A DNA stretch of 12,431 bases, taken from contig CBDDTI010000627.1 of assembly GCA_965233585.1 (NCBI GenBank), positions 1 through 12,431 of the forward strand. The letters run 5' to 3'. The notes under the pieces were generated by a model. The model saw only the letters and a list, made by a program, of their open reading frames with translations. It did no database searches and was not told the origin of the DNA. Position 1 is the first letter of the stretch; every line of letters starts with the position of its first letter. Origin of the DNA: a bacterium (GTDB lineage: Bacteria; SAR324; NAC60-12). Below are positions 1 to 9,699 of the stretch, one piece after another. Made by a program: the position numbers and the translations under genes.

Positions 1-750
1 AGGCATCTACTACATGCAGCACAATTCACTCTTTTTCCAACGCAAAACGGCAAGTGGTTATTTCACGTTTTAAAATTTTGAGTGTTTCCGTATACACTTT
101 CATGTCGAGTTGAGGTTTCCAATTCGATCAAAACGCCTAAACGTGCAAAGCAAACTTCGAAACTTCATTCCGTTCCTATTATTTAATCAAAGTTAACCAA
201 ATTCATGCACAAGGAAGATATATTACTATAGTTTGCGCCTGTGGAATTTGGCACTGTTTTGTTAAATGCTCGTTCAGAAATTGGCTTTAATTCAGTAGCT
301 GGTATAACAAATTTGTTAAGTTATGAAAGTGCCTTTTTTGCAAGATGTTCCGTCATCAAGAGAAACAAGGTTTCTTTTAACGAAATTTCAAATACTTTCA
401 TGAATAACAAGCCGTAGTAGAGGGCTTTTATCACTCAAATTTTTAGCGCTTTAGCATCACGAATAAGCCTGAAATAAGAGTATTTTGCCCAAAAAAGCGG
501 AAATCAGTATTTGCAAAACCTGCGTATACGCCATAAGGCCTCATTTCTTTTTTTAGCCATGCAAGAAACAAAGCGGGATCAAAGAGAAACTAGATATGCC
601 TAAACTTTACTTTCTATATTTTCCAAATTAGATGTTAAAAAACTGGCTATCGAATGGTCCTTCTAAAAATATGCTCGTTGTTGATAGGTTGTATGGGGAG
701 GGAAGTACTAACAGCTATTGTTAACAATTGAAGTAGGATACATTAGGTAA

Positions 751-2358
<1,608 letters not shown>

Positions 2359-2635
2359 ATAATAACAACTTTATTTAAGTGTCTAATGTATTTAGCACTT
2401 TTGTGCTAATTGGGGACACTGTAAAAAAATAAACTTTTATTGTAAATATAACATAAACTATTAAGAATCCCAACTGGTGGGAGGCTGACCAGTTGGCTAT
2501 TTACACAACGCGGTCGAGGAGTTGAACTCGGGTCTGTCGAGAACAAATCCAGATAGTAGCAGGGTGAAGGATTTGATCCAGGGACCTCCAGATTTCAAAT
2601 CCAGCGCCCTAAACCACTCGACCACGCTGCCTCCC
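2359..2635 (-). mobile_element. Full-length tRNA-derived SINE (tRNA-Ser/Leu-like head, central hairpin domain, LINE-like 3' stem-loop, (TTA)n tail)
   Basis: Minus strand starts GGAGGCAGCGTGGTCGAGTGGTTTAGGGCGCTGGATTTGAAATCTGG. A-box-like TGGTCGAGTGG at 2614-2624; B-box-like GGATCAAATCC at 2569-2579; second B-like GAGTTCAACTCC at 2518-2529. Perfect 9-bp inverted repeat at 2470-2478/2488-2496. 3' stem-loop TTAGCAC-4nt-GTGCTAA (2392-2409) lies inside AGTGTC/GACACT (2378-2383/2415-2420). Ends AATAAAGTTGTTATTAT. Candidate TSD TGCTAT at 1703-1708 and 2638-2643. Confidence 0.88.
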
Positions 2636-3419
2636 TGTGCTATGTTGTGCAATGTTGTGCTATGTTGTGCTATGTTGTGCTAAGTTGTACTATTGTTGTG
2701 CCATATTTTGCTATGTTGTGCTATGTTGCGCTAAGTTGCACTATTGTTGTGCCATATTTTGCTATGTTGTGCAATGTTGTGCAATGTTATGCTATGTTTT
2801 GCAATGTTGTGCCATATTGTTGTGCCATATTTTGCTATGTTGTGCTATGTTCTGCCATGTTTTGCCATATTTTGCTGAGTTGCGCTATGTTGTGCTATGT
2901 TGTGCAATGTTGTGCTACGTTGCGCTATGTTGCGCTATGTTGTGCAATGTTGTGTTATGTTTTGCAATATTGTGCTATGTTGTGCAATGTTGTGCTACGT
3001 TACGCTACGTTGCGCTATGTTGTGCAGTGTTGTGTTATGTTTTGCAATATTGTGCTATGTTGCGCTATGTCGTGCTATGTTGTGCAATGTGTTATGTTTT
3101 GCAATATTGTGCAATGTTGTGCTATGTCGTGCTATGTTGTGCTATGTCATGCTATGTTGTGCTATGTTGTGCAATTTTGTGCTAGGTCGTGCTATGCTGT
3201 TCAATGTTGTGCTCTTGTTGTGCCATGTTTTGCTATGTTCTGCCATGTTTCGCTATGTTGTGTTATGTTGCGCTATGTCGTGCTATGTTGGCTATGTTGT
3301 ACTATGTTGTGCTATTGTTGTACCATGTTTCTGTATGTTGTGCAATGTTTGCTTTATTTTGCTATTTTGTTCGTTGCTGTGCTATGTTGTGCCATGTTGC
3401 GCTATGTTGCACTATGCTG
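2636..3419. repeat. Pentamer/decamer satellite (TGTTG-TGCTA)n, right part of the array interrupted at 1708
   Basis: Same unit and variants as 751-1708. Joining across the insertion restores CCATATTTTGCTATGTTGTGCAATG, which is also seen intact at 1225-1249. Confidence 0.97.
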
Positions 3420-3420
3420 A

Positions 3421-3477
3421 TGTATGGCAAACAGTGAGGAGAATTTAAATTTCAAACTTGGAACTAAGAAGGGTTAA
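3421..3477. mobile_element. Possible single terminus of a TTAA-type (piggyBac-like) MITE
   Basis: Ends in AGGG|TTAA (3470-3477) and resembles the end of a short repeat I recall from coral genomes (...CAGTAAGGAGAATT...AAAGGGTTAA). No partner terminus found in the window. Confidence 0.35.
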
Positions 3478-3780
3478 AAAATTGTTATTACAATTTAATC
3501 AGTGGAAAAGCCTAACCTAACATCAAGTGATATAATAGTGTTTTTGATAATTATTGCACATGTAATTTGTCTTTTTCATTATGATACTGAGACGTGCTTT
3601 AAGGCTTGGGCTGTCTTTTTTCCCTTGATGTGGCATTCTTCCTAGTGTTGTCGTTAAGTATGATAGGGTAAGGAGAATGTTTAGAGGAACTCCAAGTCTG
3701 TGTATTTACTATAAGTAGTTGTGAGGTTTCCACACCGTGTTTTGTTTTTTGAGATTATGTGTACAGTAGGAAGTGAAAAT

Positions 3781-3905
3781 ATATCTTGTAGTTCAGTGTT
3801 ACCCTTGTTACAATTTGTTATTTTTCTGTTTCATATGTATTGTTAGTTATTACCTTACACCAGAACCAAGGAAAATACGAAATTTTACCAAGGGTAAAAA
3901 TATTG
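3781..3905. mobile_element. Degenerate short palindromic MITE-like element
   Basis: Inverted arms TTACCCTTG (3799-3807)/CAAGGGTAA (3889-3897), with inner TATTTTTC/GAAAATA. Termini are eroded. Confidence 0.45.
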
Positions 3906-4016
3906 AGAATTAACGTATGCATTGCATCAAGGCTACATGTTCCCTTGAGTGAGCCTCTAGTTCTGTTTCTCTCAATCCTGCAGTGGCTCCTTATCATGGC
4001 TACTGCAGACCTTTTA

Positions 4017-4135
4017 ATGTTGTTTAAAGGGTGGATTCTATCCACCAGATAAATCAGATAAATCAGATAAATTACTATCCAGTAGACATTTCCACTGGCT
4101 ACTGATTTATCCAATGGATAGCTTTATATCTGCCC
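4017..4135. mobile_element. Degenerate palindromic MITE built from TATCCA/TGGATA motifs
   Basis: Inverted arms TATCCACCAGATAAATCA (4039-4056)/TGATTTATCCAATGGATA (4103-4120), 15/18 match. Inner CCAGTAGA/TCCACTGG; local hairpin GGTGGAT-TCT-ATCCACC (4030-4046); triplicated AGATAAAT(C/T) at 4047-4073. Confidence 0.65.
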
Positions 4136-4406
4136 TTCACTCATCTGACAAATTGCTGTTAATACTGAACAATAAAAGTATTAATTACATATTAAGGAGC
4201 AGGAAACTGTTCTCAGCCACCTTTAGCATTGCGTTTTTAGTAAAGAAAATATCCTCTACATGGCTTTCATACACTTTGGTATTAGATGTAAACTTTACGT
4301 GCCATGTCTACGTATTTTTGACAAATTCCAATCTTGCCTTTGTGTTTTGTTATATGTGAACAAGGAAGTATTTTTGCATGTACACGTCTGCAGTGACATG
4401 GTTCTA

Positions 4407-5557
4407 CAGTGAAACCTGTATATGACGGGCCTGTATATAGAGGTCACCCTGCGTGCAACGGTCACAGAACAACTTCCCAAAAATTGTCCCTTACATTTAC
4501 TGTTACGTTGACCTGCATATAGCGGTCACCTGTATATAACGGACGCGGTCACCGTTTAGACTTCCTGAATCCACAATTTCATTGTCTTTTACTTCTATAT
4601 AACGGTCACGAAATTTGATTACGATTAAGGAATAATGACAAGCTTTATTCAACAGCTTGTTAAACAGCAGCCACCAAGGCCGGAGTCTCAAAAAATACAA
4701 TATTAATCCTGAACACGACTAATTATTCATGTCGTCGCCCACGTCCGGCACATGCTTGCAACGTTAACAGATAACATTTAAGTGCCGTCGCTTTGAAACA
4801 ATAGTTACTGTAACTGCCCATGCAACACAACCGTACCACAATGTTTTCACTTTCGTCATAGTGTCCTGATTATAACACTGCACTGTACTTATGAAGTTGA
4901 CAGCCGCGGTTTTACACTGTATTAGGCTGCTGTTTTATAGGCCAAGACAGCTCTCGACATCAAATTTCTCTTCTATCCCTCCGATGCAGCCACTCACAGG
5001 AGAAATTTTCACCCTCAAAAACGTGTTCACACGGAGTAAAGTCAGTGACATACTACATGAAATCAAGCTTCGAACTCCGAAGTATCAGAAAACTATAACC
5101 GATATTTTTTCATCTTGAAATCCATATTGTTACGATAAAAGCTTTTCCTACAAGGGAATTTAGATCAATGTATACTGCATCTCCTTTAAAGTACACCACG
5201 GACATTTTATGGGCATTTTTCTCGTAGTTATTGTGTTTCCGTTTAAAATTGTTGTCAATAAATGTAGATTGAGTGATTTTTCTCTTAAAAACGTTGTTCA
5301 TTAGCTTCCAGTAGTCTTTTACTGCACCTCCCTAAAAGTACACCACGGACATTTCATGGGCCTTTTCTATCGTGTTTATTGCATTGCTATTACTCATTAT
5401 TGTCAATAAAATGTAAATTTAATGATTATTTGCACATAAAATGGCTAATAATTGACTTCCAGGGAAGTTTAAACAAAACCTGTGTACAGCGGTCACCCTG
5501 TATATAACGGTAATCTGGCTATTTCCCAAGGGTGACCGTTATATACAGATTTGACTG
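4407..5557. mobile_element. Non-autonomous Tc1/mariner-superfamily (pogo/Tigger-like) DNA transposon, 1151 bp
   Basis: 22-bp TIRs CAGTGAAACCTGTATATGACGG (4407-4428) and CCGTTATATACAGATTTGACTG (5536-5557), 19/22 match. Flanked by TA on both sides (4405-4406, 5558-5559). Several subterminal CCTGTATATA(A/G)CGGTCAC-like copies at both ends. No transposase ORF. Confidence 0.88.
5173..5462. repeat. Diverged internal tandem duplication (~147-bp period) inside the DNA transposon
   Basis: TACTGCA..CTCC..AAAGTACACCACGGACATTT.ATGGGC starts at 5173 and 5320. Both copies continue with TTGTCAATAAA and end in CTTCCAG. Confidence 0.85.
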
Positions 5558-5730
5558 TATTTAGTTTAGTTTTACTAAGGATCGTTCCACATTGAATGTT
5601 TCAGTACATACTAGATTTAATGACTTTTAAAGTTCAGTCATGCTTAGGCACTTGTTGCAGAGACGTTTTGCAGTGATATTTAGCAGTGACAAAATCATAA
5701 CAGGTACATGCATAGGAGAGTATACATTTG

Positions 5731-5935
5731 TTTGTTGTGATTTCGTTGCTGCTTCATGCCCTTTGGTGTGTCGTCTAGGCTTATACTGGTAAGTCTGTTT
5801 GTCCGGGATAAATGTTTTAACAAAAGGTGGCGTCACTCTTGAAATTCAGAGTAGTAGCTTTGATCCCATTCTCTCTACAATAAAATGTATTCATTTTTTG
5901 TTTATCTATTTGTTTATTATCTAAAACCTTGTGGT
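5731..5935 (+). repeat. ~205-bp direct repeat, copy 1
   Basis: TTTGTTGTGATTTCGTTGCTGC...CTAAAACCTTGTGGT; about 10 differences from 6539-6741 by manual alignment. Confidence 0.95.
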
Positions 5936-6534
5936 ATGTTGTGGTATGTCGCACTATGCTGTTCCAGGTTGCCTTATGTTGTGTTATCAATGTTGAGTAA
6001 TGCGTTATTTTGTGCTTTGTTGTTCTATGTTGTACTATGTTGTGCAATGTTGTGCCATGTTATGCTTCTGTTGTGCCATGTTTTGCTATGTTGTGCTATG
6101 TTGCGCTGTTGTGTTATGTTGTGCAGTGTTGTGCTAAGTTGCGCTTTGTTGTGCAATTTTGTGTTATGTTGTGTAATATTGTGCTACGTAGTGCTATGTT
6201 GCGCAATGTTGTGCTATTGTTTTGCCATATTTTGCTATGTTGTGCAATGTTGTGCTATGTTGCCCTATGCTGTGCCATGTTGTGTTATGTTGTGCTATGT
6301 TGCGCTATGTTATGCCATGTTGCGCTATGTTATGGTATGTTGAGCTACGTTGTGTTATGATGCGCTATGTTGTGTTATATTGCGCTATGTTGCGCTACGT
6401 TGTGCTATATTGTTCAATGTAGACAGTGCTTTGTTGTACCCTATTATGCAATGTTGTGCAATGTTGTGCTATGTGCTATGTTGTTCTATGTTGTGCCAAG
6501 TTGTGCCATGTTTTGCTATGTTGTGCTATGTTGT
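5936..6534. repeat. Pentamer/decamer satellite block, colinear homologue of ~995-1460
   Basis: Same unit, and shares rare variants in the same order as the first array (see findings). Confidence 0.95.
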
Positions 6535-6538
6535 TTAA

Positions 6539-6741
6539 TTTGTTGTGATTTCGTTGCTGCTTCATGCCCTTTAGTGTGTCGTCTAGGCTTATAGTGGCAA
6601 GTCTGTTTGTCCGGGATAAATGTTTTAACAAAAGGTGGTGTCACTCTTGAAATTCAGAGGTGGTAGCTTTAATCCCATTCTCTCCACAATAAAATGTATT
6701 CATTTGTTTATCTATTTGCTTATTATCTAAAACCTTGTGGT
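6539..6741 (+). repeat. ~203-bp direct repeat, copy 2
   Basis: Near-identical to 5731-5935. Confidence 0.95.
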
Positions 6742-6793
6742 CAGTTTTGTAGTTCTTTATTGGCAGGATACTCATACTGGATTCAGTGATGCC

Positions 6794-7272
6794 CATTCAA
6801 AATATTTCCCTGTTTCTGATTCAGGTTACAACCACACGCATAATATACCATAACCAACTGCTGCTGACCAAATTTGAAAAGAATCTTGTCAGTATAATAG
6901 TAAAACTTTATTTATATATTGCCATTTCCCTTAAGCTCCATAGCGCTTTACAGTAATTGCAATCTAAGGTTTTCAATTGCAAATTACAAATTTCCAATTA
7001 TTGTAGAAGCTAGAGACGTTATATTGAACCAATGACGTCACCAGATTATTGAACTGATGACGTCAATATGACATCAAACGCGCAGCCCCCTTGTACATTA
7101 TTGAAGCATTGGCCAAGAAAACTTGGGGACGAAATTGTGTTCTTTTTGTGAGCAGAAAAACAAAGAGTGAGATGGCAAAACTCCTTTAAGAACGGGGAAA
7201 TATTTGAATGAATAATAAAGCAACTATTGAATTTGGCTTTCGTAGCCTATGAAGGATTCAACCTGCAGAATT
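6794..7272. mobile_element. Non-autonomous interspersed element with inverted repeats, probably interrupted by a retro-insertion
   Basis: Inverted pair CATTCAAAATATTTCCCTGTT (6794-6814)/AACGGGGAAATATTTGAATG (7191-7210). Internal tandem TATTGAAC..ATGACGTCA at 7022-7040 and 7048-7066. Superfamily not determined and boundaries approximate. Confidence 0.55.
6892..7017 (-). mobile_element. Probable short 3' tail of a LINE (L2/CR1-like) or SINE, 5'-truncated
   Basis: Minus strand ends ...GTAAAGCGCTATGGAGCTTAAGGGAAATGGCAATATATAAATAAAGTTTTACTATTATAC, i.e. AATAAA plus a degenerate (TAT)n tail. Flanks GTCA(G)TAT / GTTATAT could be an eroded TSD. Confidence 0.45.
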
Positions 7273-7392
7273 AATATTGTCGTTCGGTAGAAACATACCT
7301 GTATTTCATGCATGGTGCGTTTTCTGATCATTTAACCCATAGGAAGCCAATAAAAGGTTGTTAGAACCTAAAATCACCCAAACTCCCTGTAT

Positions 7393-7594
7393 GTTACCAA
7401 AGTGCCCTGTATGTTACCAAAGTGCCCTTTTTGGTTACAAAAGTGCCCTTCTTGGTTACCAAAGTGCCCTACAAAGTTACCAAAGTGCCCTAACAGAGTT
7501 ACCAAAGTGCCTGCACGTTACCAAAGTGCCCTGCATGTTACTAAAGTGCCCTTTTATAGTTACCAAAGTGCCCGAAAATGTTACAGAAGTGCCC
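7393..7594 (+). repeat. Minisatellite: 10 copies of 15-bp core GTTACCAAAGTGCCC with variable 5-7-nt spacers
   Basis: Cores start at 7393, 7413, 7434, 7455, 7476, 7498, 7517, 7537, 7559 and 7580. Spacers: TGTAT, TTTTTG, TTCTTG, TACAAA, TAACAGA, TGCAC, TGCAT, TTTTATA, GAAAAT. Confidence 0.95.
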
Positions 7595-7604
7595 GTACCT
7601 CTAG

Positions 7605-7719
<115 letters not shown>

Positions 7720-8319
7720 GGTAAAGTCAGGCACTTTTGTAACTTTTACCTCCTTTTGCAATAATTTGTCCATTTTTACGTGGTAAAGCACAAGCTGTTG
7801 TCCATGCAAGCCTTCCACAATGATATACTTGCACACCAACATTCAACAAATAACTTTAAAATCAAAGAGATTAAGACGCTTTTTTATGGCACGGAGGTTA
7901 CAAAAGTTCCCTGCACCGTGGTAAGTACTTTTTAAAAAGCTTTCAGATCGATTTCTGTAGGAAGTTGTAGCTATTACCTTACCATTTATATGCCACACGA
8001 TTCTCTCAATTACCACAGTAATTTAAATTTAAGATATTGCAGCCCAGAAAATTTTGCCGTGTAAGTATATGACTTCTCATGTCCATGACAAGAATCAGGA
8101 TTCGGAAAAAGCCCGTTTTTTGTATCGCCAGTTTAAAAAAGTGACTGAACGACGTTGAATCAACCAGAATCCACAAAATTCTGAGGGAACTTTCAGACAT
8201 CTTTTGTGAATCTGACAAAGAAAACAAGAAGTCAATTGGTTGTTTTCTGACTTTTTGGTGACCGTTTAAAGTTACCCATGTCTAAAAACCGGCAAGGTTA
8301 CAAAAGGTCCCTATTTGCC
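7720..8319. mobile_element. Putative ~600-bp MITE with eroded TIRs containing the GTTACAAAAGTGCC motif
   Basis: Left end TA|GGTAAAGTCAGGCACTTTTGTAAC (7720-7743). Right end GTTACAAAAGGTCCCTATTTGCC (8297-8319; reverse complement GGCAAATAGGGACCTTTTGTAAC). Internal copy GTTACAAAAGTTCCC at 7897-7911. No TA on the right side. Confidence 0.45.
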
Positions 8320-8436
8320 AGAAGTTCCAAGAAGTGAATTCGGGTTAATTTCTTTAGAGATTGGAAACAAAAAGGCAGCCATTCAAGACATTACCACAGT
8401 AGAAATAAGTGATAAAAATTTCAGGTCTTTCCTATA

Positions 8437-9636
8437 GAACGCAAGGGAGCCACCACTACGAAAAGGTTTTATACAACCTGGTCGCATATTGCGTTATCGG
8501 GGATAGGGATATATTAGCCATAGAGTTGAATGTGTGAGCCATTGCATTGGTAAATGGCCATGAAAGGTATACTGGGAGAAGTTTTACATGCAAGAACGTT
8601 GCTTGGAAGGCTTCCTACATACCAGAAAGGTATCCGAAAGGAGCTTTGTTCATTAACAGTGCGAGCGTTTATAGATTGCGATCGCACCGTTTCTCAAACA
8701 ACTACTTAAAGGCTCTAGAAGAAACTAAGGCTCAAAATTAATCATGAATATCCTAAAAAATGGAAATGGGATGGACACAATCAATTCCATTTAAAGACAA
8801 AGGCAGCAACAAGAAGGTACTGCGATTATTAACGCAAAATAAGATGCACCGCGCTGTAAGTCAGGTGCAACTCAGGTGCAACTCAGGACGGCACAAATAG
8901 TTAACTTTTGCGTACATCTCATGAACATCTTAGGAAATTGTTTTTGTATCGTTGGCCTGCTATTTCACTTATGGTTTTATTTACATTGTTCTTTTTGGGA
9001 GGATTTTTCAGACTTTTATTTAAGCTAGGTTTCTTCGTAGGATAAAGGCTTAGTTAAGATCTAAAAGGGAGCGGCTGAATAAATGCTAACGCCCCCTTTT
9101 CTTCTTAAAATATTTACATTAGTCTTAAGTTATTAGTATTACTCACTAAAGGCTATACTAAGAAACCGTCTCCATATTTTGGGTTTTAGTGTTATTTTTC
9201 GGTAACTTTATTTTATCAATTTCGGTTATTTTGAATTTTCGAGAGGGTCGAAATGCGCGGTCATTTATTTGGAAAGTACGCTCGCACTTATATACTGCAT
9301 TGTACTGCACTACGCTACACTACGCAATTTTAAAATTTAAATCACTTTTAGCAATAATTTTTTTGACCGCTGCATTCTTAAAAACAAGAACAAACACAGT
9401 ATGTATGCTCCTGATGGCTGAAAAATCAAGTTTCACGTCTTTTACATTCACTATTACCGAGAGTGACCCTATAATGGAAGTTGTGTAAGTACAGGTTGAT
9501 CGAAATTACTGTTGAACGGACTGCTCGCACTTCAGTTTACTGAGCGCAACGAAGCTATTAAAGATAACTACCTTTCCATTTCACAGGGAAATAGGACATC
9601 ATTATTAATGGCCATAAACTGAACATTATTGAAAAG
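8437..9636. repeat. ~1.2-kb tandem duplication, copy 1 (non-coding, unknown family)
   Basis: Colinear along its whole length with 9700-10912 at an offset of ~1260; roughly 80-85% identical by eye. Confidence 0.95.
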
Positions 9637-9699
9637 CCCCCCCCCCCCCCCCACCCCTTCAAATACTACACATCAGACCCTCATACACAAAGTGCCCAC

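Noticed and set aside
1..750. Unique-looking AT-rich segment with a short palindrome (ATTGTTAACAAT, 717-728) and brief matches to the 1.26-kb unit
   Set aside because: No ORF, termini or extended homology could be established; the short matches are compatible with chance.
2555..2634. Functional tRNA-Ser gene on the minus strand
   Set aside because: No proper acceptor stem or long variable arm, an altered T-loop (GATC instead of GTTC), and it continues into a SINE body and tail.
5632..5794. Possible host exon ending at CTG|GTAAGT (~5788)
   Set aside because: A good donor consensus and a ~50-codon open frame exist, but the peptide is unrecognisable and the acceptor is weak. It cannot be supported without RNA-seq.
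5731..6742. TRIM/LTR retroelement (repeat starts near TGTTG, copy 2 ends ...GGTCA, contains AATAAA)
   Set aside because: Copy 1 does not end in CA, there is no clear TSD, primer-binding site or polypurine tract, and the interior is pure satellite.
7393..7594. CRISPR array
   Set aside because: Repeats (15 bp) and spacers (5-7 nt) are far too short, there are no cas genes or leader, and the context is eukaryotic.
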